Positions 1 to 9,821 are shown, counted from the stretch's first letter. The stretch is DNA of 64,000 nucleotides from a virus (IMGVR_UViG_2029527006_000005), one strand, 5' to 3'. Made by a program: numbers and translations. Notes: generated by a model from the letters alone, not told the origin.

Positions 1-254
1 TTATCTAGATAGTATTGACTACGGCTATAAGTGATATTGTCACAGAAGTATTTCATTTGTTCTTCAAATGGTATATAGATTACAGACTGTATATCTCTGC
101 GGTCAAGTTCTTCTTGTAGTTTATCGTATTCACGTTGATACTCCAGCACGGTATGTTGAATACTACTCAACCGATTCTTTTCAAATTTAATTAAAGAACC
201 TAGTGCATTCATTTCATCAAGAATATGTTTATCAGATTTTTCATTACCAATCAT
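1..254 (-). CDS. hypothetical protein, truncated by window edge
   Basis: ATG at 254 preceded by GAGG; frame open to the window start. Confidence 0.55.
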   Translation of the reverse strand, partial: MIGNEKSDKHILDEMNALGSLIKFEKNRLSSIQHTVLEYQREYDKLQEELDRRDIQSVIYIPFEEQMKYFCDNITYSRSQYYLD

Positions 255-267
255 ATTACCTCACTTA

Positions 268-289
268 AACGGGGAGAGTACTCTCCCCT
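268..289 (-). terminator. intrinsic terminator-like hairpin
   Basis: GGGGAG-AGTACT-CTCCCC palindrome followed by GTTT on the minus strand, downstream of ORF 295..519. Confidence 0.55.
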
Positions 290-294
290 GATAA

Positions 295-519
295 TTAGCA
301 GAAGTCAGAGCTAGATAGCCATTGACCACCAGAGTTACCGTGATAGTCACGTAGATATTCATCTTCGTTGATGTACTTCTCACAATAGAATTCTTTATCA
401 ATGATGTTTAGACTAAAGTTAACATCGTTATCATCAGCAATTTTCATTAGCTCACGAATCTTGATAGTGATTTCTTCAATGCGTAGATCGATTTCTTGTT
501 GTACTGGACTCTTAGACAT
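295..519 (-). CDS. hypothetical protein
   Basis: 74 aa ORF tightly packed in the minus-strand run. Confidence 0.7.
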   Translation of the reverse strand: MSKSPVQQEIDLRIEEITIKIRELMKIADDNDVNFSLNIIDKEFYCEKYINEDEYLRDYHGNSGGQWLSSSDFC

Positions 520-521
520 TA

Positions 522-776
522 TTACTTTCCTTTTGTTACTTTTATATTTTTCAAATTAGATAAATCAATTCCGAATAGACCCAAAAGCCCACGGAGCGTG
601 TACCAAATAATATGATGCACAATACAAGGCCACAAAATGAATGTGAGCAATGAATCTTTTAAAAACTCTGGTAGATATACTTCTCTTCCATAATCGCGAT
701 AATCATATAGAAGTACTCCTAAACCTCCTAGAAATCCACCAATCCAAATTAGAATAGCAAGTGTTATTAAACTCAT
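522..776 (-). CDS. small membrane protein (WP-motif paralogue)
   Basis: two hydrophobic segments, FILWP motif, basic C-terminus. Confidence 0.7.
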   Translation of the reverse strand: MSLITLAILIWIGGFLGGLGVLLYDYRDYGREVYLPEFLKDSLLTFILWPCIVHHIIWYTLRGLLGLFGIDLSNLKNIKVTKGK

Positions 777-994
777 ACCTTATCCTTCTTTTTCTTTTTA
801 AGTACTATTTTAGGAGATGCATGTAGTAATGCACCAAGTACGATTATCATAACAATAGGCCAACAAAAACCAGCTACTATATCAATGAATACATCACCTA
901 AAGTATATTCGTCACTTAGTACATAATCGATAATCCAGAAGAGTACGGTAAAACACCCACACAAGTATAGATATATTAGTACTTCATTAGGCAT
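773..994 (-). CDS. small membrane protein (WP-motif paralogue)
   Basis: start moved to MPNEVL at 994; two hydrophobic segments, GFCWP motif, poly-Lys tail. Confidence 0.65.
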   Translation of the reverse strand: MPNEVLIYLYLCGCFTVLFWIIDYVLSDEYTLGDVFIDIVAGFCWPIVMIIVLGALLHASPKIVLKKKKKDKV

Positions 995-1170
995 GAACGT
1001 ATACCCTCCCAAATAAACAATGATAAGAAGAAAGGCCACAGGATAGCAAGTCCGATGCTTGTGACAATGTTTACAAGCCACCAGCCAGCATTTAGTGGGA
1101 AGATTTCTGAAAGTACACACCATACAAAAATTACAGCAGCTACAATCAGATAGATATAAAGAATAGTCAT
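976..1170 (-). CDS. small membrane protein (WP-motif paralogue)
   Basis: two hydrophobic segments, AILWP motif. Confidence 0.7.
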   Translation of the reverse strand: MTILYIYLIVAAVIFVWCVLSEIFPLNAGWWLVNIVTSIGLAILWPFFLSLFIWEGIRSCLMKY

Positions 1171-1171
1171 T

Positions 1172-1429
1172 TTATTTCCTTTTTAGATGTACTGGTACAT
1201 GATAAAATGGATTGAAATCTGCACCATTGGTATCATGAATACATACGTTAAATGTTTTACCAGTGAGAACATCGGCGGGAGTTTCAATAAATTTGTGTAG
1301 AACATCGACATTGGTCGGTTCGGTTATCACAGTTACATCATAACCTTCTTCACGTAGTATAGCAGCAATTCTCATGCTTGTCAATGTTTTTCCACAATGA
1401 CTTGAACCTTCAATTTTAATTTTAATCAT
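1172..1429 (-). CDS. small protein with P-loop-like N-terminus
   Basis: IEGSSHCGKT resembles the Walker A of nucleotide kinases, but the protein is only 85 aa. Confidence 0.5.
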   Translation of the reverse strand: MIKIKIEGSSHCGKTLTSMRIAAILREEGYDVTVITEPTNVDVLHKFIETPADVLTGKTFNVCIHDTNGADFNPFYHVPVHLKRK

Positions 1430-1907
1430 TTATTGTACAAAGCTCCGAGTTGACTCTATCCATTCCTTCAGTGTCAGTGAAATGTATTTGTGTACCCACT
1501 GGATCTACTGTATGAATAGTGAATGTAACATCAGCTTCATCATCCATTTTAATAGATTTACCAATGTACTTTTGGCGAATAAGTTCAAGTACTGCATTAG
1601 CTTCTTTTGCAACACTGATTACCATTTCATACATAGTTAATATTGGTTCAGGATCTACAACTTCTTTTTGTATTGATACAAATCTAGTGTACGCAATTTG
1701 TTGTATTCCAATTTTAACCTTACAATACATGTGAAGTTTAGAATTTTTATCTACAGAAAAACCATACACCGAGTCAAATACATCTTCACTCTTTAGAGAA
1801 ATTTTAAATGTATCATTAAAGGGTTTTACATCCTGCATTAGAATTTGCTCTGCATTCTTTAAGTTTTTGAACTTATCTATTAATTCATCTTTAATCACGT
1901 AATTCAA
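1422..1907 (-). CDS. hypothetical protein (local paralogue group)
   Basis: 161 aa, overlaps neighbours; N-terminal DELIDKFKNL similar to adjacent ORFs. Confidence 0.7.
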   Translation of the reverse strand: MNYVIKDELIDKFKNLKNAEQILMQDVKPFNDTFKISLKSEDVFDSVYGFSVDKNSKLHMYCKVKIGIQQIAYTRFVSIQKEVVDPEPILTMYEMVISVAKEANAVLELIRQKYIGKSIKMDDEADVTFTIHTVDPVGTQIHFTDTEGMDRVNSELCTIND

Positions 1908-2412
1908 ACTCCTGTAGGCTTTTTACTAATATACTTCTATCAGGATTACGCAATTGAATCGTAATATTATTATAGAAGTCAATATCGGCTATACAATATA
2001 CATCACCATTTGATTGGTCCACAACAATACGATTCAAATACAGATCTTGAATCTGTTTTTTACTTTTGTTTATAATATTCCGTACTGAAAGAAAATTGGA
2101 ACAAACTTCTTCAATTTTCTTATGATTAGTTTTAAATGCATATACATCATACATTTGCATTTTAGTACTAAAAGTCTTCCATCCACTAGTAGTTCTGGGT
2201 TCATCTTGAACTGTAACTTTACAGTGCATGAGAATTCCACCACTACCTTGACTCAAACTAAGAGGATATATTTCATCAATACTATCATCATATTTGTGCT
2301 TAAGACGAAGGTTTTTTAATTCAAGTAAAGCACGTCCCTCAAATTGTTTTAGTATATTAATTAGACTATTGTGACGATCAATTAAATCGCAATTCATAAT
2401 ATAAATCCTCAC
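1891..2412 (-). CDS. hypothetical protein (local paralogue group)
   Basis: 173 aa; DLIDRHNSLI N-terminus. Confidence 0.7.
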   Translation of the reverse strand: MRIYIMNCDLIDRHNSLINILKQFEGRALLELKNLRLKHKYDDSIDEIYPLSLSQGSGGILMHCKVTVQDEPRTTSGWKTFSTKMQMYDVYAFKTNHKKIEEVCSNFLSVRNIINKSKKQIQDLYLNRIVVDQSNGDVYCIADIDFYNNITIQLRNPDRSILVKSLQEFELRD

Positions 2413-2752
2413 CAGCCAGTACTTCAGCCTTTTTTATTTCTGCACAAACCAAGAGATATGGATAAAGAATCTCTTCTATTCTATTAGACTTACCACGAAG
2501 TTCATCAACTGTAAATGTTCTCAATGAAGTTTGTGGCATTATTGGATACCCACTATTATCATATAGTTTTATTTCACTACCTAATAATTTTATTCCATCT
2601 TTGGTGATCACAATATTGGATACAGCAAGTCTAGTTCTTGAATTATTTGATAGTACTGAATTTAATGCTTTAACTGTACTGACTCTTAGTTCATCTAGTG
2701 CTAGAATAAGATTTTTGTACTTCTGTAAATTATCATTCATACATAATTCCAT
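2378..2752 (-). CDS. hypothetical protein (local paralogue group)
   Basis: 124 aa; NLQKYKNLI N-terminus. Confidence 0.65.
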   Translation of the reverse strand: MELCMNDNLQKYKNLILALDELRVSTVKALNSVLSNNSRTRLAVSNIVITKDGIKLLGSEIKLYDNSGYPIMPQTSLRTFTVDELRGKSNRIEEILYPYLLVCAEIKKAEVLAGEDLYYELRFN

Positions 2753-3240
2753 TCGGTGTAGTTAAAACGATTGATAGCCACTTCTCTACCACTTTCCCGG
2801 TGTTCAGCCTTGAGGTAAAATCTGTTTTCACCAATAGTTACTAAACGTGTAATTATATATATGTCCAAATCATAAGTACACATACATTCTCTTCCACGGT
2901 ACTTATCTTCCAAATCATCTCTGGCATCGTATGCGAGTGATAGTAATTGATAATATGCAGATGCACAAGGTTCAACTAAATTTGCCAATTCTGGACAATT
3001 ATTCATTTGTATCCAAAAAGCAGCTTCGGAAATACGGAAAGAACCTTTCTGTTTTTTAAGAAGATTGAAACGTAACTGTTCAATACCCGAATCATCAAAA
3101 TCCAGTACTAGATATTCATATCCATCAAGTACTAAAATTTTATTGCAAATCTGATACCTTATTGATTTTTCTAAACTTTTAGCACTAGTAATAAGTGATT
3201 CATACTTACGTCTTAAGTCGCAGTACTCAACTGTAATCAT
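2737..3240 (-). CDS. hypothetical protein (local paralogue group)
   Basis: 167 aa; DLRRKYESLI N-terminus. Confidence 0.7.
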   Translation of the reverse strand: MITVEYCDLRRKYESLITSAKSLEKSIRYQICNKILVLDGYEYLVLDFDDSGIEQLRFNLLKKQKGSFRISEAAFWIQMNNCPELANLVEPCASAYYQLLSLAYDARDDLEDKYRGRECMCTYDLDIYIITRLVTIGENRFYLKAEHRESGREVAINRFNYTEWNYV

Positions 3241-3629
3241 TCAATAATCCTTACTAGACGTGTTGCACCGTTACAGTACTGAATACAATACGGTCCGAAT
3301 TTACCATCAATATTATCCTGCATGAATCTTTCAGTACTTTCACCCATAGATTTAGCTGCTTGAGCAAGATTGAGATAATACATTTCCGTATCATCACTGT
3401 AATAAACATCTATAACAGCATGATTTCTGGGAATATGTACTTTACGGACGAAGTGATATTGTACTGTACGATCAACAATTTCATCAGGCTTAGTAAAGAA
3501 AGTTTTATCTTCACTCATTTCTACTACTAAAATGAAAAGCTGTAATGGATTATCAAAGCGAAGCATTTTCACTAAATCTTCAAAACCACTCTCACCACGT
3601 CTACCAATAAGAAAAGTATAATCTTCCAT
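3237..3629 (-). CDS. hypothetical protein
   Basis: 130 aa ORF with AGGA RBS. Confidence 0.7.
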   Translation of the reverse strand: MEDYTFLIGRRGESGFEDLVKMLRFDNPLQLFILVVEMSEDKTFFTKPDEIVDRTVQYHFVRKVHIPRNHAVIDVYYSDDTEMYYLNLAQAAKSMGESTERFMQDNIDGKFGPYCIQYCNGATRLVRIIE

Positions 3630-3640
3630 ATAGAATCCTT

Positions 3641-3664
3641 AAAAGGGCAGTGCAAGCACCGCCC
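3641..3664 (-). terminator. intrinsic terminator
   Basis: GGGCGGTGC-TT-GCACTGCCC-TTTT on the minus strand after pseT. Confidence 0.6.
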
Positions 3665-3669
3665 GTATT

Positions 3670-4602
3670 TTAGAAATTACCTTCAGCCACGGCAAAGACC
3701 TTTAGGCCGATTAGGTTCCTCCACATTTTCACGACTTGTTCGCGATCATCGAATACTTTGACGACTTTCATCTTACCATGAACGTGCTTCATGTACAACT
3801 CATATTTCACGATATCATCGCTACGGTTGTCATGTTCTTCACGCATGAAGATGTGATCAACTGGAACATTGTGTTTTTCAAACCATGCAAGGGTATCAGC
3901 CATACAGGTTTCATGACGACCACTCATGACGATTACTTTACGACCGAGGAAGTTCTTTTCTGCTAGTACAGAAAGGATTACTTCAGGATCGGGTTTATCG
4001 TCAAGTACTTTAGTCTCGTCATAAGGTCCACGGTTCCACATATGTGCAACAGTACCATCCACATCCACGATGATATATTCTTGAGCATCTTCTGCGAAGA
4101 ACTCAGAATTAACTACGTGTACAAAAGAACTGTACAAGTACTTCACTGCCATATCATCGATTACTGATTCAGGAACTGCTTTAACGCGGTTGATGTTACG
4201 AGCCTTACAGTGTTTTACGAATTCTTTTACTGCAAAGAACTCGTGAACAAAGTCTTTACCCTTTTTGAACTCAGTGAAGAAGTTCTGTTCTTTGTAAGTG
4301 TATCCATGTGCCTTAGCAAATGCTTTCCACTTCTCACGAACTGTTGGGTTAAGGTTCGTGTCAGAAACGATGATGTTCCACTTGTTAGCTGCTGCATGTT
4401 CCGCTGCACTGCACTGTACAGATTGTACGTACTGTTCGTTGTCTTTACGGAACTTGTAGTTCTGGTGTGTACCAGCCATTGTCTCACGCACGTCATCAAG
4501 GTTGACGTTTACCGTTTTGGACTTTGCAGTACGTACCTGCTCGTTAGCCCAAGTACTTTTACCGCACCCCGGAAGTCCCACCGTTAGTGTTAGTGTTGGC
4601 AT
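3670..4602 (-). CDS. pseT: polynucleotide 5'-kinase / 3'-phosphatase (T4 PseT-like)
   Basis: N-terminal Walker A GLPGCGKST; C-terminal HAD domain with DVDGT, SGR and FDDR; ends VAEGNF as in T4-type Pnk. Confidence 0.93.
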   Translation of the reverse strand: MPTLTLTVGLPGCGKSTWANEQVRTAKSKTVNVNLDDVRETMAGTHQNYKFRKDNEQYVQSVQCSAAEHAAANKWNIIVSDTNLNPTVREKWKAFAKAHGYTYKEQNFFTEFKKGKDFVHEFFAVKEFVKHCKARNINRVKAVPESVIDDMAVKYLYSSFVHVVNSEFFAEDAQEYIIVDVDGTVAHMWNRGPYDETKVLDDKPDPEVILSVLAEKNFLGRKVIVMSGRHETCMADTLAWFEKHNVPVDHIFMREEHDNRSDDIVKYELYMKHVHGKMKVVKVFDDREQVVKMWRNLIGLKVFAVAEGNF

Positions 4603-4813
4603 CTTTGTTTACTCCAAATTTGTCTGTAATGATATTCAAAACGTGTTCACCTACGCGAATACTCGCAGTATCTTTTGCACCACTGTATTTTAATGGTATC
4701 CACTCTAATTTAGCTTTGTGTAGAAAAGCTATACAACGACGATAATCACCTAATGAGAAAAATTTAACCACTGACATATCCTGTACTACACTGTGGGTAA
4801 CTTCTACTTTCAT
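4559..4813 (-). CDS. hypothetical protein
   Basis: 84 aa ORF with GGAG RBS. Confidence 0.6.
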   Translation of the reverse strand: MKVEVTHSVVQDMSVVKFFSLGDYRRCIAFLHKAKLEWIPLKYSGAKDTASIRVGEHVLNIITDKFGVNKDANTNTNGGTSGVR

Positions 4814-4823
4814 TTCTCTTCTC

Positions 4824-5174
4824 CTAAGCGTCTATAAAGTCATAATTATTGAACATCAAATCAATGTTGAAATATGCATCTGAATCAAAGTACAAACAAT
4901 TATCAATACAGTATATCTGATTTCCGATACCTTTGCAATGATTATATATGTCCTCTCGATCTTTTTCTGAGACTCCTGCACCTTTATCAATGCAGTACCA
5001 TTTCTCATTATAATGCATAATCGTTAGAACGTCAACCCTACGATTAGTCACGGTAATCTGTTCTCCCCATATTTTGAATGAACCTATTTTGATCATAGAT
5101 TCGTTCGGTCTTCGGTTTTTTGGGCTTGTGCTCCTTCTTGTACATAGTACTACTAATACCAAACGTGTTGGCAA
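4824..5174 (-). CDS. hypothetical protein (probable start at internal MIKIG)
   Basis: ORF track; the N-terminal extension overlaps the upstream gene. Confidence 0.55.
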   Translation of the reverse strand: MPTRLVLVVLCTRRSTSPKNRRPNESMIKIGSFKIWGEQITVTNRRVDVLTIMHYNEKWYCIDKGAGVSEKDREDIYNHCKGIGNQIYCIDNCLYFDSDAYFNIDLMFNNYDFIDA

Positions 5175-5307
5175 TCCGCTTCTTACTCTTCTTCACTCCC
5201 GCAAAGGAGCGTTTTGACTGCAAAGCGTCAATCTCTTGAAGTATTTTTCTATGTTCTTCTGGAGTACGGGTTTCTCCCTTTTTTAGTTTATATTTTGTGT
5301 TAGCCAT
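5044..5307 (-). CDS. small basic protein
   Basis: 87 aa, Lys/Arg rich, GGAG RBS. Confidence 0.65.
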   Translation of the reverse strand: MANTKYKLKKGETRTPEEHRKILQEIDALQSKRSFAGVKKSKKRIANTFGISSTMYKKEHKPKKPKTERIYDQNRFIQNMGRTDYRD

Positions 5308-5335
5308 AACTTCTCCATGTCTTGGCTTATATGTA

Positions 5336-6487
5336 TTAGAAGTCTTCTAACACATCTTTCATGTACTTCAACATCACTTCTTTGTAATCCACAGGTTTAT
5401 TGTTGTATAACGCAAAAGCAATACCTTGATGATTCAAATCCTTTGGCAAGTTACGCTGTACTACTAAAGCGAACTCTTTACGATCAAGATCTTTATAAGC
5501 ACTTACAAAATCCTGCACAGTCTGTTGTAAGTTATTATAGGTTGAAAATACTAATTTTTCCATACGCTCAATCTTATCTAAGCAGTACTGATCAGTACTA
5601 AACATCTGACGTAAATCATCCGATCCACCTGTTAGTACTGCTTCGTATAGACGGGAATCAACGTTAATACTATCCTTAGTGAAGTGCAATGCACAGTACC
5701 ACTCGGTCTTAATTTTAAACATTGTACCATCTTTTAATTGAACGACAAAACCTTCGATACCCGTCATTTTATAAACAGACTCAATCGAATCTTTTAAAGT
5801 ATGACACATTGGGAAGGTTTTGTCAATATCCCCGCTGTTAGAAAATACTGATTTATTATATAGTACCGGGAAACGTTTTTTCAACGCTTCACCTGTTAGT
5901 AGCTCACCAGTGCTGCGGTGACGCAAGTTTAGTACAGTCAACTCATCTTTCTGATATGGTAACACAATCCTGAACTCAGGGGAAGTGTACTCCAAATTCA
6001 CCGTGTACATCGCTAGGTCAGCTTCAATGATTGCCTGATGGAAATCATCATCTGCGTGAATTAACGCCGTAGAATTGATTGCATGGTCGCTGTGCATAGA
6101 TGTATGAGACTTGGTACGGATCACTCCGTCATTATCAGTGAAAGTACTGATAATCGAACCATCACGCTTATCCATAGCAATTGTAATTTCCGAAGATAGA
6201 ACATCCTTCGGGAACATCACTAATGGATTCTCATAAGCGTTAAAGAATTTCTGTGGTGTACGACACGCGACACGGATTAAAGAACCGTCCGGGCGAATCT
6301 CGAACATTGTACCACGACACTCTAATGCCGATGGCTCTAAGAAATCCGAATAGGAAGCAAGACGGTACGCAAAGGTACGATACAAGCCACCAGCAATTGA
6401 TTGTGTGTCACGGAAAAAGAATGCTTCGTTCTTTTCACATAACTGTAGTAACTCATTGTACAACGTAATGATTGAAGGGGTTGCCAT
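5336..6487 (-). CDS. rnlA: RNA ligase 1 (T4 RnlA family)
   Basis: ECRG and KFFN motifs, adenylation motif KRDGS, EGFV, FKIK; close to pseT; start set at MATPS. Confidence 0.92.
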   Translation of the reverse strand: MATPSIITLYNELLQLCEKNEAFFFRDTQSIAGGLYRTFAYRLASYSDFLEPSALECRGTMFEIRPDGSLIRVACRTPQKFFNAYENPLVMFPKDVLSSEITIAMDKRDGSIISTFTDNDGVIRTKSHTSMHSDHAINSTALIHADDDFHQAIIEADLAMYTVNLEYTSPEFRIVLPYQKDELTVLNLRHRSTGELLTGEALKKRFPVLYNKSVFSNSGDIDKTFPMCHTLKDSIESVYKMTGIEGFVVQLKDGTMFKIKTEWYCALHFTKDSINVDSRLYEAVLTGGSDDLRQMFSTDQYCLDKIERMEKLVFSTYNNLQQTVQDFVSAYKDLDRKEFALVVQRNLPKDLNHQGIAFALYNNKPVDYKEVMLKYMKDVLEDF

Positions 6488-7088
6488 GATTTTCTGCCTC
6501 AAATAGTAGTTCTAATGCATTTTCATACATAGAATCGATAATGTTTAATGATAGTTCTGCTGGAATGAACTCAGACAAATCCAAATCCAAGTGCTGGTAA
6601 TCCAAATCAAAACCAATACTGTGCTTTCTAGCAATCTTTTCCAAATAGTCATACACTTCACACGCAGGTTTGATGTACTGGTGATCTGGAAGATTGTACA
6701 ACATAGTCATTTGGAAATGCTCATCTTCTGCAATATTACGATCCACTTCTAGTGATTCGTCCATGTACACAATTTTAGTACTGTGCATAGGTAGATACAT
6801 CCACGAAGGATATAAAATAGTTCTACCACCATAGTTTTGTAGATTACCGAATAATGAAGGTTGGTTGGTTTCTCTGTCTTCTAACATCAATCCAATTCCA
6901 TTAGTACCTTTCTTTGAAGTCAAGTACATTTCATAGCGACTTAATGGATGAGATAATCCTACAAAACATTCAGAGAACATGTTTTTGTACTTTTTAGATT
7001 CTTTTAGTTCAAATACATCAACAGCAGTATGGAACCGCCATTGATTGACTAATTCAAAAAAGAACAACATAGATTGTATATTTTTCAT
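6453..7088 (-). CDS. FQ-motif paralogue family protein
   Basis: EDEHFQMTMLY. Confidence 0.7.
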   Translation of the reverse strand: MKNIQSMLFFFELVNQWRFHTAVDVFELKESKKYKNMFSECFVGLSHPLSRYEMYLTSKKGTNGIGLMLEDRETNQPSLFGNLQNYGGRTILYPSWMYLPMHSTKIVYMDESLEVDRNIAEDEHFQMTMLYNLPDHQYIKPACEVYDYLEKIARKHSIGFDLDYQHLDLDLSEFIPAELSLNIIDSMYENALELLFEAENHGNPFNHYVVQ

Positions 7089-7606
7089 ATTAATCCTTCT
7101 GGAATATCTAGGTTATCAAAATTCTCTTCCATGCCAATATCAATCATTGTGTTGGACATGTAGCATATTTTAGCTAAAGATGGACAGTACTTAGCAATAG
7201 CATCGTACATCTCTTGAGTACCGAAATTATAGATAGTATTCATTTGGAATACATACTCTTCATCAAAAGAATCCATCTTACGAGTTTCAATTGGCATCTC
7301 ATCAAAGTACGACCCAACATCTACTAAATGTGTAATGTCCACCATTTCACCTAATTTACCATACACAGTAAGTTTAGGATAGTATGTTTCATCTAATCGT
7401 ATTCTACTGTTCGGTGCTTTTGGTGAACTGCGAGAACAATCATAGATAGTAATAATCTCTCTACAAGTTTCTAAATTGTGAATACCAACTTTATAATGCG
7501 TAACATACGCTCGGTATGGACCAATTTGGTTATCAAAGAAATTGGATTCATTTTTATTACGATCATAAAGTTGTATTAAGTTAAACACTACTTCAACTAT
7601 ATTCAT
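7085..7606 (-). CDS. FQ-motif paralogue family protein
   Basis: EEYVFQMNTIY. Confidence 0.7.
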   Translation of the reverse strand: MNIVEVVFNLIQLYDRNKNESNFFDNQIGPYRAYVTHYKVGIHNLETCREIITIYDCSRSSPKAPNSRIRLDETYYPKLTVYGKLGEMVDITHLVDVGSYFDEMPIETRKMDSFDEEYVFQMNTIYNFGTQEMYDAIAKYCPSLAKICYMSNTMIDIGMEENFDNLDIPEGLI

Positions 7607-8217
7607 TTGGTCATCTCCAAAAACTCATAGGACAAGTTAGGCATGATACGTTGAGGTAGATTCCCAGAAACGAAACATTTGTGTTGCATCATCATTGGGC
7701 GAATCTTTTGTGCAAATTCGTAAAACGCCATAAGCTCATCAAGCTCTGGAAGAGAGCTAATGGCGGTACTCAACATGAAGTGGTTACCTTCTTCACATAC
7801 TTCATGGAAGGAATATTCCTCACATTCTTCACCAGCCCTCATCTTTATACGAACAAGTATATCATCTAAAAACTTTGGATTCAAGTGATATTTGATCATA
7901 CCACCCAAGCCAATGTAAATTTCCGATCTTTCTTTTGAGTCGTTTTTGAAATTCGATATCTCAAATCCATAATCTAACGTTTTATCACTGGCTGACCAAC
8001 CAGAGTACTCATACTCTTCAGTACGGTTACCACGTACATCATATGTACTCTCTGCGACATGAGAATGAGTCATTCCAAAGTCTTCATACTGTCTACGTTG
8101 CTTTACCTTTTTGTCTCTTAGATTGTACAAAGAATCAAAAGCATTAAGTACACTACGCTGTAAAGTTTTATAATCCCGCATATAAATTACTCCAGTACTC
8201 AAAGTCACCACCCTCAT
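7603..8217 (-). CDS. FQ-motif paralogue family protein (variant)
   Basis: EEGNHFMLSTAI. Confidence 0.65.
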   Translation of the reverse strand: MRVVTLSTGVIYMRDYKTLQRSVLNAFDSLYNLRDKKVKQRRQYEDFGMTHSHVAESTYDVRGNRTEEYEYSGWSASDKTLDYGFEISNFKNDSKERSEIYIGLGGMIKYHLNPKFLDDILVRIKMRAGEECEEYSFHEVCEEGNHFMLSTAISSLPELDELMAFYEFAQKIRPMMMQHKCFVSGNLPQRIMPNLSYEFLEMTK

Positions 8218-8701
8218 TTACAATCTTACGAACTAACGGAATAGGGTTTAACAACTTACCACGATAAGATCCATTAAATGAAATACCGTTTTCAATACAT
8301 TCAGTCATAGCTTGATATACTTGTTGAATTTCTTCAATATCAGTACTCAATTCAGCAAGTAAACTGTACTGAAAATATCCTTCCTCAGTGAGCAAATCTT
8401 CAGTACTAACTGTCATGTTGGTTCCACCAGTAACATACAAGGTAGTGCGGAAGTCTGTATTGTTGTTAGTAATGTACGCTCTTTTGGACGTAATGGCAAT
8501 ATAGTTACGTTCCATATAATGATTAAATGAACGATTCATCTTCATAGAGTAGCCATCGTTATACACTTCTAATTGACGACTATTCCTTTCCCATTTCCAC
8601 AACATATGGTTGTACTTGTACGCAATATCAAAATCGGAAACTTCTTCTTCTAACTCTTTGAATAGTTTAATTAAAGTACGGATATTTTCAAGATAATACA
8701 T
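8168..8701 (-). CDS. FQ-motif paralogue family protein
   Basis: EEGYFQYSLLA. Confidence 0.7.
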   Translation of the reverse strand: MYYLENIRTLIKLFKELEEEVSDFDIAYKYNHMLWKWERNSRQLEVYNDGYSMKMNRSFNHYMERNYIAITSKRAYITNNNTDFRTTLYVTGGTNMTVSTEDLLTEEGYFQYSLLAELSTDIEEIQQVYQAMTECIENGISFNGSYRGKLLNPIPLVRKIVNEGGDFEYWSNLYAGL

Positions 8702-8707
8702 AGAACC

Positions 8708-9013
8708 TCACTTGTTCCAATCACTTCCCATAGATTCAATCTCTTCAGCGATATCATAGATCTCACTTAGAGTTGCTTTTACCCAAAACACAGTTGAACT
8801 GGAAATACTTTCATATCTGTGATTTCCAGAATACAAGAATACAGTATCTTGAGTACATTCTACAGTACTGTCACCAATGGTAACATGGTCTAATAAAGTA
8901 TATTCTTTACCTTCTGGTTTTTTGTACACAGAAGTGTTGTGATCAATATTAATAGCTTCTAGTTGAAACCACACATCATTTGGAACTGCTCTGATATTAT
9001 AACTCATATTCAC
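8708..9013 (-). CDS. hypothetical protein
   Basis: 101 aa ORF. Confidence 0.6.
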   Translation of the reverse strand: MNMSYNIRAVPNDVWFQLEAINIDHNTSVYKKPEGKEYTLLDHVTIGDSTVECTQDTVFLYSGNHRYESISSSTVFWVKATLSEIYDIAEEIESMGSDWNK

Positions 9014-9020
9014 CTTCTAT

Positions 9021-9050
9021 TAAAAAGAGTACACGACATGTGTCGTGTAC
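9021..9050 (-). terminator. intrinsic terminator
   Basis: GTACACGACA-c-atGTCGTGTAC stem followed by TCTTTTT on the minus strand. Confidence 0.6.
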
Positions 9051-9057
9051 ATAATGA

Positions 9058-9789
9058 CTACATTAATGAAACCATTCCGAGAAGAATACTTTCATCAGGT
9101 CTTTGATATTTTTGTTTTTCTATTTTGAAGTAGAATGAATCAGCATCTTGTAAATCATAACGCTTTTTCAAACAACGAGTATAAGTACTGTTATTTGGAT
9201 GTACCCATTCGTACACCTGAACACCATCCTCATTATACCCATCAATACTTCTTCTGTTCCCTTCGTGCTTGTGGAAGTTCTTACTACGTTCAGTAAAAGT
9301 CTTTTCAGCAACACTATCAGGGAAATCGTATATGTATGGAACTTCTGTTAGTCTGAAGTAAAAGTATTTCTCATCTTCAGAGTAACCTAGAAGAACAGTT
9401 TCAGTACTAGTCACATTGTACTTCTCTTTACTCTTCTGTTCGTTTTCCATAATATCTTGTAGTACTTCTTTTAAAACAAGATCTGGTTCAGCATTAGGAT
9501 TGGATACCCCTGATACACGTCTTTCGATAATGAAATCAGTGAATCTCCTTTCTTCTTCTACTTCGCCATTCATATACATACCCACAAACTTGTCTTTATA
9601 TGACTTTACTGAGTACTGCATACCCTGTACTTCACTAAACACATCAGCCAATAGGTTAGCTTGTCCACACTGTACCCCTGACGAAGCCGCCGCAGTTGCG
9701 TATTCTGCCATGATTGGGTTTAGTGCTTGGAAACTAGCCATGTTTAACTCGTTTGCGAGTTCTTGTGCAAATTTAATTCGATCTAACAT
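9058..9789 (-). CDS. hypothetical protein, possible PD-(D/E)xK-like nuclease
   Basis: 243 aa; AE...LADV-x8-YSVKS spacing recalls restriction-endonuclease folds (weak). Confidence 0.4.
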   Translation of the reverse strand: MLDRIKFAQELANELNMASFQALNPIMAEYATAAASSGVQCGQANLLADVFSEVQGMQYSVKSYKDKFVGMYMNGEVEEERRFTDFIIERRVSGVSNPNAEPDLVLKEVLQDIMENEQKSKEKYNVTSTETVLLGYSEDEKYFYFRLTEVPYIYDFPDSVAEKTFTERSKNFHKHEGNRRSIDGYNEDGVQVYEWVHPNNSTYTRCLKKRYDLQDADSFYFKIEKQKYQRPDESILLGMVSLM

Positions 9790-9821
9790 CGTTCACATTC
9801 CTTGTGATTAAATCTGCTTTA

